Source: Gammaproteobacteria bacterium (GTDB lineage: Bacteria; Pseudomonadota; Gammaproteobacteria; Steroidobacterales; SZUA-146). Taken from it: a DNA stretch of 64,000 nt. Shown here piece after piece: positions 36,686 through 48,227 of the stretch (positions are counted from its first letter, which is position 1; each line of letters starts with the position of its first letter). Location: the NCBI GenBank assembly GCA_045107075.1, contig JBGCFV010000060.1, positions 9,317-73,316 of the forward strand, written 5' to 3'. Both the position numbers and the translations under genes were made by a program. The notes below the pieces were generated by a model, which was not told the origin of the DNA, made no database searches, and worked only from the letters and a program-made list of their open reading frames with translations.

Positions 36686-37573
36686 GTGAGTCTTTTTAGC
36701 GACAATTCGGCTTCGCTTCGACATGGACTGCTCTTGATCTGTGCGCTCGCAGGTGCGGGCCTTGCCCTCAACGATATTCTGGTTCCGACGGCTCGCCGCA
36801 CTTCCAATGAGTTGCAACCGGGTACTGTTGCCCAGGTGGGGAGTACGCAAATTTCATGGCGTCGGTATCGTGACGTGCTTTCTGATATGGAAGCCGACCG
36901 ACGTGAGCCGTTGACACGTAAGGAAAAGAACTTTGCGCTTCAACGTCTGATCGACGAGCAGCTTTTAGTTGATCGCGCATTGGAACTGAATCTGGATGCA
37001 GCCGTGCCGACAGTGCGAAAGTCATTGGCATCCGCTGCTATTGCTCACGTAGCGGCTGAATCAGTTTCGGTATCCGCAAGCGAGACTGATCTGCGCACAC
37101 TCTATGAAGAAGAAGCTGCCTTTTTTTCGCAGCCTCCGCGTTACATAGTTCGTTGGTACCAAAGCTCAACGCTCGATGTTAACGACGAGCAAACGGCTTT
37201 GGAGTGGCAGAAAATGTTACGTCAGGATGCGGCTGGTTACGTTTTGAATGAGTCCACCGGCTATACACTGATGCACCGCTTGCCAGCGGAGCCAATGCCG
37301 ACTTCCACATTGTCAAATTATCTTGGCTCATCTTTAACCGATTCTGTTGAAGCACTTGCGCCCGGCGAATACTCAACTCCAATTTATCAAAATGCAGTGT
37401 GGCATGTGCTGTTTCTGCAAGAGTTCCTTCCTTCAACGATAGCTGATTTCGAGAGTCTGAAGCCGGTGTTGCAAGCGGAGTTCAAGCGCCGCAGCGCTGA
37501 CACCGCATTGCAAGAATATTTGCAATGGCTTGCCCAAAGGGCTGACATCAAGGTAGATGCAGAATTTGAATAA
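36686..37573 (+). CDS. periplasmic hypothetical protein (SurA-N/PpiD-like chaperone fold suspected)
   Basis: A signal peptide follows the GTG start. The remaining composition is only weakly suggestive. Confidence 0.4.
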   Translation: MSLFSDNSASLRHGLLLICALAGAGLALNDILVPTARRTSNELQPGTVAQVGSTQISWRRYRDVLSDMEADRREPLTRKEKNFALQRLIDEQLLVDRALELNLDAAVPTVRKSLASAAIAHVAAESVSVSASETDLRTLYEEEAAFFSQPPRYIVRWYQSSTLDVNDEQTALEWQKMLRQDAAGYVLNESTGYTLMHRLPAEPMPTSTLSNYLGSSLTDSVEALAPGEYSTPIYQNAVWHVLFLQEFLPSTIADFESLKPVLQAEFKRRSADTALQEYLQWLAQRADIKVDAEFE

Positions 37574-38756
37574 GAGTTTACTCTTGCTGTTCTGTGCGCT
37601 GCTGCACACTGTCGGTGTTTCCGCACACACGCCTAGCGAATCGTTTAGTGTCTGGGCTTTACAGGATGGCGTATTAACCGTGCAGTTTACGGTGAGCGCA
37701 CGTGAGGCATCCCGCCTTTCGGGTTTCGGTACAGTTGGCAACTCTACAAACATGCTAGCTGATTATTTTAGCCATTCTGTCTTTCCAGATGAACGCAGAT
37801 GCTCTTTGTTAGAGAGTGGCCGATCGCTGGCATCCCAGCCGGGCTGGTTTCGACTTGAATCTCGCTGGCAGTGTAATGGTCAGCCCGATACGCTGACTGC
37901 GAAGGCTTTCTTTAATATAGCCGCAGAACATACTCACTACGCTACTTACTTAGTTGATAATCTGGTTCGTCAAAACGTGTTCACGCAAGACCAAACGGAA
38001 TGGGATCTAACGCTCGAAACTGCAACCGGGAATCCCTCGAGGCAAATACTCTGGTTTGGCGTAAGAGGTTTTAAGCATGTTATCGCTGGTGTTGATCATT
38101 TAGTGTTCTTGCTAGCCTTGCTTTTGACTCTTCGAAGCACTCGGGACATTGTTCTAGCCGTAACCGGATTTACACTAGGACACACGCTGGCATTGGCCGC
38201 GATTGGTTTTGGGAATATTGCGATCAAAACGGGTGCGATTGAATCGCTGATTGGATTGAGCGTATGTGTCGTGTGTGTTGAGTATCTGTTTCAACGCGAG
38301 AGTATGCGGGCTATCGGTTACAGCTTGTTGTTTAGTGCAATTGGCCTCGCATTTTTTTTGAAATTGTTCCTGTTAACGGTGCTGAGCTGTAGTGCACTTA
38401 TTGGTGTATCTCTGATGTTCATTTGCTATTTGGAGTTTTCCCGATTTGCTTCACAGCCTGCTGCCTGGCGATTGCTCGTTACATTGGTGTTCGGGCTGAC
38501 TCATGGTGCCGGCTTCGCCACTGGATTTACCGCGGCCGGCGCGTCCAAAGAGGGCCTCCTTCCTGCTCTGGCAAGTTTTAACCTGGGGGTCGAAATCGGG
38601 CAGTTGGCGTTTATAGCAGGCGTGGCGGGAGTGATTCACCTTTGTAAGGTGAAGCGTATAGGCGTACTTTCTGACTGTGTGGTTGCTTTACTATTTGGAG
38701 TTGGTATCTACTGGTTTTTAGGGCGCGGGTTTCAGATTAATAGCTTGAGCCTATAG
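37557..38756 (+). CDS. HupE/UreJ-family-like membrane protein with N-terminal periplasmic domain
   Basis: A signal peptide and a ~170-aa soluble domain precede six TM helices. GFTLGHTLA and LTHGAGFATGF motifs resemble HupE/UreJ metal transporters. Confidence 0.45.
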   Translation: MQNLNKSLLLLFCALLHTVGVSAHTPSESFSVWALQDGVLTVQFTVSAREASRLSGFGTVGNSTNMLADYFSHSVFPDERRCSLLESGRSLASQPGWFRLESRWQCNGQPDTLTAKAFFNIAAEHTHYATYLVDNLVRQNVFTQDQTEWDLTLETATGNPSRQILWFGVRGFKHVIAGVDHLVFLLALLLTLRSTRDIVLAVTGFTLGHTLALAAIGFGNIAIKTGAIESLIGLSVCVVCVEYLFQRESMRAIGYSLLFSAIGLAFFLKLFLLTVLSCSALIGVSLMFICYLEFSRFASQPAAWRLLVTLVFGLTHGAGFATGFTAAGASKEGLLPALASFNLGVEIGQLAFIAGVAGVIHLCKVKRIGVLSDCVVALLFGVGIYWFLGRGFQINSLSL

Positions 38757-38937
38757 TCTTGACCTGTACCTTTCATCCTGTTCCTGAACGTCTCATAGGT
38801 GCAAGTCGTAAGAAACGGCAGCCTTGTTTTGCTGAATGCAAAGCGCATGCCTGTACATGAATACCGTATATTTCTGCGCACGAGTGCTATAGTGATACGT
38901 GGCCACTTGCCGCAGCTGATCATTTGAGGGCCCATTT

Positions 38938-40515
38938 TTGGCTAATAATTCCGCGCTACCCGATTCAACCCTTCCCTATGTCGATTTGCTGAAAGGGCGA
39001 GTGGATCAGGTTCGCGCCGCTGGCGTTTGTTTGCACATTACTGCGCTGCCCGGTGATCATGGTATTGGCAGTCTCGGGGAGCAGGCCTTAAAGTTCGTCG
39101 ATAGTTTGTCCGCGATGGGGATGAGCGTCTGGCAGTTTCTGCCCTTGGGTCCCACGGCTTACGCCGATTCGCCTTATCAGCCTTTGTCGATTTACGCGGG
39201 TAACCCGATGTTAATCGACCTTGAGCTCTTGCACCAAGACGGCCTTGTTACGACAGAACAACTCGAACCGTTTACGCACCTCGCCCGATCACGGGTTGAT
39301 TTTTCACGCTTGATACCGTTGAAAAAAAGACTGTTGGACGACGTGTCGATTGATTTTGCCAGTCGTGCGAGTGCATCTCTTCGACTCGAGTGGGAAGCCT
39401 TTTTAGCCAAACACGAGACTCAGTGGCTTAACGACTTTGCTTCTTTTCAGGTACTCAAAAGCCAGCATGAAGGGCTACCGTGGCCTCAGTGGCCTGACCG
39501 ATTTCGACGCCGCACTCCGGCTGCAATGCAAGCGCTTCAGCAATCAGCGGCAAAGGAATTACACAGCGTAAAACTATCGCAGTTTTTGTTTTACCGACAG
39601 TGGCTAAAAATCCGTGAGTACGCCAACTCAAAAGGTATTGCCATGTTTGGCGATATTCCAATTTATTTGGCGCTCGACAGCGCTGATGTGTGGCAGCAGC
39701 CCGAGCTGGTGCAAATTGATTGTGATGGCAAACCTGACCAGGTGGCGGGCGTCCCGCCAGACTACTTTAGTGAACATGGGCAGCTTTGGGGAAACCCTGT
39801 TTACGATTGGAGCTACCACCAGGCGCAGAACTACCAATGGTGGATTGAACGCATTCGTCAGCAGCTCACGCAGGTAGATATTGTTCGTCTTGATCATTTT
39901 CGTGCGTTCGAATCGTATTGGTCGATTCCGGAAGGAGCGGAAACGGCCAAAGAAGGCGACTGGATGAAAGGGCCGGGCGACGAGTTGTTCACCTCGTTGA
40001 AAGGCGCGTTGGGTCAACTACCACTCGTTGCCGAGGATTTAGGTCTGATTACCGACGACGTCAGAGCGCTTTTGTCGCGTCTGGGCTTCCCCGGCATGCA
40101 GGTATTACAGTTTATGGTGGATCAACCTGGTTTCGACTGTAATCAAATTCTGGCCAACAGCGTTTGCTACTCCGGTACACATGACAACGACACTACGCGT
40201 GGTTGGTACGACGAGCGTCGTCAGGAAGAGGGGGGCGGCGATTTTGAACGTATGGTGTTGGGCAACATCGGAGGATCAGCCGATAACGTCGTTGACACCT
40301 TAATTCGCCTCGCTTACGACTCAGAGGCGCAGCTGGTTATCACGCCAATGCAGGACGTTCTAGGCTTGGGATCCGAGGCTCGTTACAACACACCAGGTAC
40401 GACCCAGGGTAATTGGCAGTGGCGAATGACAGCGGATGAGTTAACTGAACCCGCTATTGAACGGATGCGAGAACATGCAATAAGAACCGGTCGGGCGTCC
40501 TCACAGGTGTTATAA
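38938..40515 (+). CDS. malQ: 4-alpha-glucanotransferase (amylomaltase, GH77)
   Basis: [20 protein letters not shown]...WQFLPLGPT is the GH77 N-terminal signature. The start is ambiguous: TTG 38938, or GTG 39001 with an AAGGG RBS. Confidence 0.85.
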   Translation: MANNSALPDSTLPYVDLLKGRVDQVRAAGVCLHITALPGDHGIGSLGEQALKFVDSLSAMGMSVWQFLPLGPTAYADSPYQPLSIYAGNPMLIDLELLHQDGLVTTEQLEPFTHLARSRVDFSRLIPLKKRLLDDVSIDFASRASASLRLEWEAFLAKHETQWLNDFASFQVLKSQHEGLPWPQWPDRFRRRTPAAMQALQQSAAKELHSVKLSQFLFYRQWLKIREYANSKGIAMFGDIPIYLALDSADVWQQPELVQIDCDGKPDQVAGVPPDYFSEHGQLWGNPVYDWSYHQAQNYQWWIERIRQQLTQVDIVRLDHFRAFESYWSIPEGAETAKEGDWMKGPGDELFTSLKGALGQLPLVAEDLGLITDDVRALLSRLGFPGMQVLQFMVDQPGFDCNQILANSVCYSGTHDNDTTRGWYDERRQEEGGGDFERMVLGNIGGSADNVVDTLIRLAYDSEAQLVITPMQDVLGLGSEARYNTPGTTQGNWQWRMTADELTEPAIERMREHAIRTGRASSQVL

Positions 40516-40555
40516 TTCCGGAAATACAGTCTTAAAAGAATACAGGGGCACAATT

Positions 40556-41839
40556 TTGAGCGGAAATAACACTAGAGATGACGGTCGATCGGTTAGTCGG
40601 CTAACGCGAGAAACTCTGGCCTTGATACTGGCAGGAGGTCAGGGTTCGCGATTGCACGAGCTCACGCAGTGGCGCGCAAAACCGTCGCTCTACTTCGGCG
40701 GTAAATTTCGCATCATCGACTTTCCTTTGTCCAACTGCATGAACTCCGGTGTCCGGCGAGTTGGCGTGCTCACTCAGTACAAAGCGCACTCGCTCATTCG
40801 TCACCTGGTACATGGCTGGACCAATTTTCGCGCTGACCAAAACGAGTTTGTTGAAATTTTACCGGCTTCACAGCGAACCGGTGGTGACTGGTATCGCGGG
40901 ACAGCCGACGCGGTGTATCAGAACCTCGACATTATTCGAACCCACAGCCCGCGTCTGGTACTTATTCTGGCGGGCGACCACGTGTACAAAATGGATTACG
41001 GTCCGTTGCTTGCAAAACATGCCGATACAGCAGCCGACATGACCGTTTGCTGCATTGAAGTGCCGGTAGCTGAAGCTGCTGGTGCACTGGGCGTTATGAC
41101 CGTCGACGAGTCAGGCCGTGTTATCGCGTTTGACGAGAAGCCCGAACATCCGACTGAAATTCCGGGCAAGCCCGGTTACTGTCTCGCTTCCATGGGGAAC
41201 TACGTTTTTAATACGGCGTTTCTGTACGAGCAGGTTATCAAGGACGCCGATGACCCAAACACAAGTTTCGATTTTGGTAAGGACATCATTCCTTCGGCCA
41301 TAGAAAAATATCGCGTGCAGGCGTTTCCGTTCCGTAACTCGGATAACACCAATGAAACTTACTGGCGTGATGTCGGTACGCTCGATGCCTTTTACGAGGC
41401 CAATATGGAGTTGGTTTCCTTAACGCCACAGCTCAATCTGTACGATTCCCAGTGGCCGATTTTGACCGACCAACCGCAGTTGCCGCCCGCTAAATTCATC
41501 TTCGACGACGACGATCGTCGCGGAGTTGCTATTGACTCCATGGTGTCAGGTGGTTGTTTGATTTCCGGTGCGCGTATCAAGCGTTCACTGTTGTTCTCTA
41601 AAGTAACCGTGCATTCATATTCTTTGGTGAAAGACTCGGTCATTCTTCCGGACGTCGACATTGGTGAGCACTGTCGTATTAATCGCGCCATCATCGACCG
41701 GGGTGCGCATGTTCCTGACAACACGGTTATTGGTGAAGATCACGAGGCCGACAAGGCCCGAGGTTTTCGTGTAACCGACAGCGGGCTCACGCTTGTGACG
41801 CCCGACATGTTGGGGCAGGACCTGCACTTCACGCGTTAG
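40556..41839 (+). CDS. glgC: glucose-1-phosphate adenylyltransferase
   Basis: [17 protein letters not shown]...[15 protein letters not shown] start with an AGGGG RBS. The N-terminus aligns with E. coli GlgC. Confidence 0.9.
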   Translation: MSGNNTRDDGRSVSRLTRETLALILAGGQGSRLHELTQWRAKPSLYFGGKFRIIDFPLSNCMNSGVRRVGVLTQYKAHSLIRHLVHGWTNFRADQNEFVEILPASQRTGGDWYRGTADAVYQNLDIIRTHSPRLVLILAGDHVYKMDYGPLLAKHADTAADMTVCCIEVPVAEAAGALGVMTVDESGRVIAFDEKPEHPTEIPGKPGYCLASMGNYVFNTAFLYEQVIKDADDPNTSFDFGKDIIPSAIEKYRVQAFPFRNSDNTNETYWRDVGTLDAFYEANMELVSLTPQLNLYDSQWPILTDQPQLPPAKFIFDDDDRRGVAIDSMVSGGCLISGARIKRSLLFSKVTVHSYSLVKDSVILPDVDIGEHCRINRAIIDRGAHVPDNTVIGEDHEADKARGFRVTDSGLTLVTPDMLGQDLHFTR

Positions 41840-41877
41840 CTAAACGAAAAGAGAACGACATTTCTAAACAGCGAATA

Positions 41878-43473
41878 ATGTTTGTAGCGGCCGAGAACGG
41901 CGCGCTACCCGGCGGAAAAGTGGGCGGCATCGGCGATGTTATTCACTATTTGGCTATTGCACTCGGCGAGCGTGGGTGGGACGTGACCGTGGTAACTCCC
42001 GGGTACGGTGTTTTTCAGACGCTACCGGGTGCGCAGGCCGTTGGTGATGTTTCTTTCCCGTTTGCTGGCGACCGTCATATTGCTCAGTTGAGTTCGATTC
42101 CTGGTGCTCATAAAAACGTTCAACATATTGCTATTGAGCATGAGTTGTTCGCACCTCACGGTCCAGGGCAAATCTACTACGACGACGGCTCTGACGCACC
42201 GTTTGCAACGGACGCGCACAAGTTTGCCGCGTTCTCGAGTGCGGCGGCGTCTTTTGTTTTAGAAGCGGACAAGCAACCTGACGTCGTGCATCTGCACGAC
42301 TGGCACACGGCGTGCTACCTCATGCTACGTGCATACGACGCCCGGTTTGCGGCACTTAAGAACATTCCAGCCGTGTACACCATTCATAATCTGGCACTGC
42401 AAGGTACGCGGCCATTGCGCAACCACTTATCTTCGCTCGAAAGCTGGTTTCCGAATCTGAATTTCTCTCACTACCAAGTGTCTGACCCGCGTTACGCCGA
42501 CTGCGTAAATCCAATGGCTACGGCAATTCGCCTGGCGGACAGGGTCAACACCGTGTCGCCGACTTACGCTCAGGAAATATTGAAGCCCAATGATCCGTCA
42601 GTTGGCTTTCACGGAGGTGAAGGCTTGGAAGAAGATCTGCAAACGGTTGAAGATGAAGGGCGTCTAATTGGCGTGTTAAACGGCTGCAACTACTCCGATT
42701 CATCCGCCAGAAAGGCGGCTAAACCAAAAGTTCTCGCTCGCAGGCCTGCCTGGACCGGTTTTCAAAAGTTGGCCAACCGCGCCATTGATGCATGGATGGT
42801 GAAGGACCTTTATGTGGCCTCAAGTCAGCTTATGGCCAGATCGCGTTTAGCCTCTATTCCAAAGCGCAGACCAGCTACATTGTTAACCAGTATTGGTCGG
42901 CTCACGGCGCAAAAAGTAGCGTTGTTCATGGCGACAACCAGCAATGGCAAAACGGCTCTGGAGAATATTCTCGACCGTTTGGGCAACAGCGGCGTATTCG
43001 TCTTGCTCGGCAGCGGCGATAGAATGCTCGAGCAGCGAATGGCACAGCTGTCTCAGCGCTACGACAACTTTCTTTTTTTATGTGGCTACTCCGAAGAGCT
43101 GTCCGATTTCCTGTTTAAGTCTGGCGACCTGTTTTTGATGCCCAGTAGTTTCGAACCCTGCGGTATTAGTCAGCTGTTTGCCATGCGTGCTGGTCAACCC
43201 TGCGTTGTGCACGCGGTCGGCGGTCTGAAAGATACCGTGGTTGACGGACACACCGGATTTGTTTTCTCCGGAAAATCTGTATCCGAGCAGGCTGATAATT
43301 TCGTCTCAAGTGTCGACCAGGCACTGACGATGAAAACTGATCATCCTGAAGAATGGCGGGCGTTACGCTTGAAAGCCGCTGCCCAGCGATTCGGCTGGGC
43401 CGTTTCTGCTGAGCTTTACGAGAGAGAGTTCTATGAGCCGGAACTTTCTGAAACGGAACACGATGAACACTAA
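41878..43473 (+). CDS. glgA: glycogen synthase (ADP-glucose type)
   Basis: MFVAAENGALPGGKVGGIGDV is the KxGGL-type motif. Confidence 0.9.
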   Translation: MFVAAENGALPGGKVGGIGDVIHYLAIALGERGWDVTVVTPGYGVFQTLPGAQAVGDVSFPFAGDRHIAQLSSIPGAHKNVQHIAIEHELFAPHGPGQIYYDDGSDAPFATDAHKFAAFSSAAASFVLEADKQPDVVHLHDWHTACYLMLRAYDARFAALKNIPAVYTIHNLALQGTRPLRNHLSSLESWFPNLNFSHYQVSDPRYADCVNPMATAIRLADRVNTVSPTYAQEILKPNDPSVGFHGGEGLEEDLQTVEDEGRLIGVLNGCNYSDSSARKAAKPKVLARRPAWTGFQKLANRAIDAWMVKDLYVASSQLMARSRLASIPKRRPATLLTSIGRLTAQKVALFMATTSNGKTALENILDRLGNSGVFVLLGSGDRMLEQRMAQLSQRYDNFLFLCGYSEELSDFLFKSGDLFLMPSSFEPCGISQLFAMRAGQPCVVHAVGGLKDTVVDGHTGFVFSGKSVSEQADNFVSSVDQALTMKTDHPEEWRALRLKAAAQRFGWAVSAELYEREFYEPELSETEHDEH

Positions 43474-45691
43474 TTTCACAGGCGACAAATCAACGATGCC
43501 GGCGGAAGCTGTTTCGCAAGATCTGTTAGAGGAGTGGCAGGCTGCCGCTGCTGGCATTCACCGTAATCCGTTTGCGGTTTTTGGTCCTCACTCTTTTGGT
43601 GACTGCACCGTTGTAACAACGCTGCAGTCGTACGCCAAACAGGTGAGCGTAGTCGATAGCAAAGGACGGGAGCAGGCGTGTAAAACACACGCTATGGCAA
43701 ACGGAATCTTCTACGCTGTTTTCGACAGCCCTGTCGGAGCCTATCGTCTTAAGCTGACTGATTCTTCCGGCAGCGCTCAGTTGATTGACGATCCGTACAG
43801 GTTTAGCACATCGTTAACTGATCTTGAACTTCATCTTTTAGGCGAAGGGACGCATCAGTTTATTTACGAGTCGCTCGGCGCACATGTGGTGACCCATGAG
43901 GGCGTAGAGGGCGTGCGTTTCGCGGTGTGGGCGCCTAATGCGCATCGTGTAAGCGTTGTGGGCGACTTCAACCGGTGGAACGGCTTGAGTCACGTGATGC
44001 GTCTTCACCCATCAATTGGTGTGTGGGAAATATTTGTACCAAATGTCGATGTAGGAGCCCATTACAAATTTGAATTACTGGACCAGAACCAGCGGTTATT
44101 GCCGTTAAAAACCGATCCGCTAGGACAACGGTTTGAGTCACCGCCCGGTAACGCCTCCATCGTCTACGCAGACAACTACTCGTGGTCAGACGAAGCGTGG
44201 ATGCAAAAACGCCAGCAGGAAATGCCCGGCTTGGATCGTCCAGTCAGTATTTACGAAATTCACGCCGGGTCGTGGCGGCGCAAGCCTGACGAAGATAACC
44301 GCCCTTTGAGCTATCGCGAATTGGCTGACGAGCTGCTGCCTTACATAAAATACATGGGCTTTACCCATATCGAATTCATGCCGTTGAGCGAGCATCCGTT
44401 TGATGGCTCCTGGGGCTATCAACCTATCGGTATGTTTGCGTCCACTTTCCGATTCGGCACCCCCGACGATTTTCGCTACTTCGTAGACCAATGCCACAAG
44501 GCGGACATCAGTGTCATTGTAGATTGGGTGCCCGCACATTTTCCGCGCGATGAACACGGATTAGTGAATTTTGACGGCACGGCATTGTACGAACATGAAG
44601 ATCCGCGTAAAGGTGCGCATGCCGATTGGGGTACCTTGATTTTCAACTACGGTCGTCGTGAAGTGGTTAACTATCTAATCGGCAGTGCGCTGTACTGGAT
44701 CAAAGAATTTCATATTGACGGACTTCGAGTAGATGCCGTCGCGTCCATGCTTTATCTGGATTACTCGCGAGAGCCCGGTGAATGGATACCTAACGAGCAC
44801 GGTGGCAACGAGAACTTCGAGGCGGTCGAATTCTTGCGTCGACTAAACGAAGAGGTTCACGAACACGGCGCGGTCACTTATGCTGAAGAATCTACGGCCT
44901 GGCCCGGAGTTTCAAGACCAACCTACTCAGGTGGTCTTGGGTTTACCTTCAAGTGGAATATGGGCTGGATGAATGACACGTTGGCGTACATCGGTGAAGA
45001 CTCATTACACCGACAGCACCACCACGGTAAAATGACGTTTGGCCTGGTCTACGCCTTTAACGAGAACTTTGTCCTGCCGCTTTCTCATGACGAAGTCGTG
45101 CACGGCAAGCGTTCGCTTATAGGACGAATGCCCGGTGACGCGTGGCAGCGATTTGCAAACTTGCGTACGTACTTCGGTGCGATGTACTCGCATCCGGGTA
45201 AAAAGCTGATGTTCATGGGTAGTGAGTTTGGCCAGCTTAACGAGTGGAATCACAGCGCCTCCCTCGATTGGCATTTGGTAGAGCAAAACAATCATCGTGG
45301 GGTGCAGTTACTGGTTCGCGACCTGAACAAGGTGTACCGGTCACATCCGGCTCTTTATGAAAACGATTTTGAGAATGACGGTTTTGAGTGGATTGACTGG
45401 GAAGACAGCGCCAACAGTGTGCTGAGCTGGATACGCTACGCGCGCGACCGCAGTTTTGTGATCTCAGTATCCAATTTTACGCCTGTAATTCGTTACGATT
45501 ATCAAATTGGTGTGCCCAAAGCAGGCCAATATTCGGAAATCTTGAATACGGACGCCGAACGTTACGGCGGCAGCAATGTACATAACGCCGGAGCGCTATC
45601 TGCGTCCGAGGTCGAATATCAGGGCCGACCGGCGGTTTTGTCGCTTACCTTGCCGCCTTTAGCGACCGTGTATTTAACACTCAACAAGTAA
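43463..45691 (+). CDS. glgB: 1,4-alpha-glucan branching enzyme
   Basis: IDDPYRF, GH13 catalytic motifs and a CBM48. The start is at 43463 (MNTNF) or 43496. Confidence 0.9.
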   Translation: MNTNFTGDKSTMPAEAVSQDLLEEWQAAAAGIHRNPFAVFGPHSFGDCTVVTTLQSYAKQVSVVDSKGREQACKTHAMANGIFYAVFDSPVGAYRLKLTDSSGSAQLIDDPYRFSTSLTDLELHLLGEGTHQFIYESLGAHVVTHEGVEGVRFAVWAPNAHRVSVVGDFNRWNGLSHVMRLHPSIGVWEIFVPNVDVGAHYKFELLDQNQRLLPLKTDPLGQRFESPPGNASIVYADNYSWSDEAWMQKRQQEMPGLDRPVSIYEIHAGSWRRKPDEDNRPLSYRELADELLPYIKYMGFTHIEFMPLSEHPFDGSWGYQPIGMFASTFRFGTPDDFRYFVDQCHKADISVIVDWVPAHFPRDEHGLVNFDGTALYEHEDPRKGAHADWGTLIFNYGRREVVNYLIGSALYWIKEFHIDGLRVDAVASMLYLDYSREPGEWIPNEHGGNENFEAVEFLRRLNEEVHEHGAVTYAEESTAWPGVSRPTYSGGLGFTFKWNMGWMNDTLAYIGEDSLHRQHHHGKMTFGLVYAFNENFVLPLSHDEVVHGKRSLIGRMPGDAWQRFANLRTYFGAMYSHPGKKLMFMGSEFGQLNEWNHSASLDWHLVEQNNHRGVQLLVRDLNKVYRSHPALYENDFENDGFEWIDWEDSANSVLSWIRYARDRSFVISVSNFTPVIRYDYQIGVPKAGQYSEILNTDAERYGGSNVHNAGALSASEVEYQGRPAVLSLTLPPLATVYLTLNK

Positions 45692-45729
45692 TAAACCACA
45701 GTGCGATCTGCCTGTGACGGAGTAACACT

Positions 45730-48225
45730 ATGAGCGCTAAGGCTAGCGACACAAATTTAAAGAAGCTGTTTGATACGCCACCATTGGGAATGGATGCAGA
45801 CGCTTTGCTAAAAGACTTTTCTCATTACTACGCCCGAATGCTGGGTCGCGGTACGCTGCAAGCGCGCTCGCCTTTTGTTTATCAGGCGTTGGTTTATGCT
45901 GCGCGTGATCGCCTTATGGAGCGTTGGAAAAATACGGAGCAGGTTGTCAGGAACACGGACGGACGTCGAGTGGCTTACTTGTCTCTTGAATTTCTTATGG
46001 GCCGTTTGTTGCACAACTCGCTGCTCAATTTGGGAATTGAAAACGACGCCGAAAAAGCGCTCAAGCGAATTGGTTTGCAGCTGGAAGAAGTAGAAACACT
46101 CGAGCGCGACGCGGGTTTGGGTAACGGTGGACTTGGACGTCTCGCGGCCTGCTTTCTGGATAGCTGTGCGACGTTAAGCTTACCCGTTACTGGCTACGGT
46201 ATTCGCTACAACTACGGTATGTTCCACCAAAAAATTGTCGATGGTCGCCAGGTTGAAGAACCGGATCTTTGGTTGCGTGAGGGCTTCCCTTGGGAAATTG
46301 AGCGTATTGAGCACGCCCAAACCATTCGCTTCGGAGGGTTTCGGGAAATTTATAAAGACGCTGAAGGACGAGAGCGGTATCGGCTGTGCAACACCAGCGA
46401 CGTGCTCGCCATACCGTTCGACGTGCCAGTGCCGGGTTATAAAAATGAAGTCGTAAATACGTTACGGCTTTGGTCGGCTGCGGCCACTGAAGAGTTTGAC
46501 CTGAGTGAATTTAATGCAGGCAGTTATTCTGACGCGGTAGCGTCGAAAAATGCGGCGGAAAACATCACGATGGTGTTGTACCCCAACGCCACGACCGAAA
46601 ACGGCCAAGAGCTTCGTTTGCGTCAACAGTATTTCCTGGCGTCGGCCAGTTTGCAGGATATTTTACGCGACTGGTGCGAAACCCACGGTAGCCTGGACGA
46701 GTTTGCCGAGAAGCATTGTTTCCAGCTGAACGATACTCATCCGGCCGTGTCGGTGGCTGAGTTAATGCGCCTGTTACTCGACGAACATCTGCTTGACTGG
46801 GACAGCGCTTGGTCGATTGTGCAAAAGACCATGGCTTATACCAACCATACGCTGCTGCCTGAGGCACTCGAGCTATGGCCTGTCGACATGTTTCAGAATT
46901 TGTTGCCGCGTATAACAGACATTATTTTTGAAATTAACGCACGCTTTATTCGCGAGCTACGACAGAAGTGGCCGGGTGACATTGAACGTGTTCGCCGTAT
47001 GTCGCTTATTCAGGAAGGTTCAGCGCCGCAGATTCGAATGGCTTATCTGGCCATTGTTGGCAGCTTCTCGGTTAATGGCGTTGCGCAGTTACATTCCGAC
47101 TTGCTTACCCAGGGTCTGTTTAAAGACTTCTATGAACTGTGGCCTGAAAAATTCAACAATAAAACGAATGGTGTTACGCAACGTCGTTGGTTGGCTGCGT
47201 GTAATCCCGATTTGGCAACACTCGTGTCGAGTAAAATAGGCGATGAATGGGTCACAGACCTGCCTCAGCTCGAAAAATTAAAGGCCTTTGTCGGTGATGC
47301 TTCGTTTGCCGAAAAATGGCGTGCGATCAAGTTGCAAAACAAACAGCGCCTCGCGGAAGATATTAAGTATCGCGCTGGCGTGACACTCAGTACCGATATG
47401 CTGTTTGACGTGCAGGTCAAACGAATTCACGAATACAAGCGTCAGCTCCTGAATGTGCTTCATGCTATTCACTTGTATGACCGTATTTCGCGTGGTGAGG
47501 GTGACGACCTGGTACCTCGAGCCATTATTATTGGTGGCAAGGCCGCGCCGGGCTACGTGATGGCCAAAGACATCATTAAATTTATTAACAATGTTGCCGA
47601 AGTGATCAATAACGACCCCGCTATGGACGGTCGGTTGAAGCTCGTGTTCTACGCAGACTACAACGTATCGGCAATGGAGATCATTTGTCCTGCTGCGGAG
47701 CTGTCAGAGCAGGTGTCTACTGCAGGCAAAGAGGCTTCCGGTACGGGCAACATGAAATTCATGATGAACGGTGCGCTCACCATTGGAACACTGGACGGTG
47801 CCAACGTTGAAATTCGCGAAGCTGTAGGCCCGGACAATTTTTTCTTGTTCGGGCTGACGGTAGAAGAAGTTGCCGAAATTCGAGGTCAGTATAACCCGCA
47901 GGAATATATTGATGGAGATAGCGATTTTTCACGCGTGATGCACTTGATTGAAACAGATCATTTCAATGCGAATGAGCCTGGTATTAATCACTCAATTATT
48001 AACGCCATTCGCAGCCCACGGGACAACTGGATGACCGCCGCTGACTTTAGAAGTTATGTCGATGCGCAAGAACGAGTTAATGAACTGTATAAAGACCAGT
48101 CTGCGTGGACGGCGATGAGCATTCTCAATACGGCGTCTTCGGGCCGGTTCTCAACGGATCGCACGATGCAAGACTACAACAACGATATCTGGCGTTTGAC
48201 CCCGCTTGAGATTAACGCGGACTGA
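45730..48225 (+). CDS. glgP: glycogen/maltodextrin phosphorylase
   Basis: PLP-site motif EASGTGNMKFMMNGALTIGTLDGANVE. Confidence 0.9.
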   Translation: MSAKASDTNLKKLFDTPPLGMDADALLKDFSHYYARMLGRGTLQARSPFVYQALVYAARDRLMERWKNTEQVVRNTDGRRVAYLSLEFLMGRLLHNSLLNLGIENDAEKALKRIGLQLEEVETLERDAGLGNGGLGRLAACFLDSCATLSLPVTGYGIRYNYGMFHQKIVDGRQVEEPDLWLREGFPWEIERIEHAQTIRFGGFREIYKDAEGRERYRLCNTSDVLAIPFDVPVPGYKNEVVNTLRLWSAAATEEFDLSEFNAGSYSDAVASKNAAENITMVLYPNATTENGQELRLRQQYFLASASLQDILRDWCETHGSLDEFAEKHCFQLNDTHPAVSVAELMRLLLDEHLLDWDSAWSIVQKTMAYTNHTLLPEALELWPVDMFQNLLPRITDIIFEINARFIRELRQKWPGDIERVRRMSLIQEGSAPQIRMAYLAIVGSFSVNGVAQLHSDLLTQGLFKDFYELWPEKFNNKTNGVTQRRWLAACNPDLATLVSSKIGDEWVTDLPQLEKLKAFVGDASFAEKWRAIKLQNKQRLAEDIKYRAGVTLSTDMLFDVQVKRIHEYKRQLLNVLHAIHLYDRISRGEGDDLVPRAIIIGGKAAPGYVMAKDIIKFINNVAEVINNDPAMDGRLKLVFYADYNVSAMEIICPAAELSEQVSTAGKEASGTGNMKFMMNGALTIGTLDGANVEIREAVGPDNFFLFGLTVEEVAEIRGQYNPQEYIDGDSDFSRVMHLIETDHFNANEPGINHSIINAIRSPRDNWMTAADFRSYVDAQERVNELYKDQSAWTAMSILNTASSGRFSTDRTMQDYNNDIWRLTPLEINAD

Positions 48226-48227
48226 AC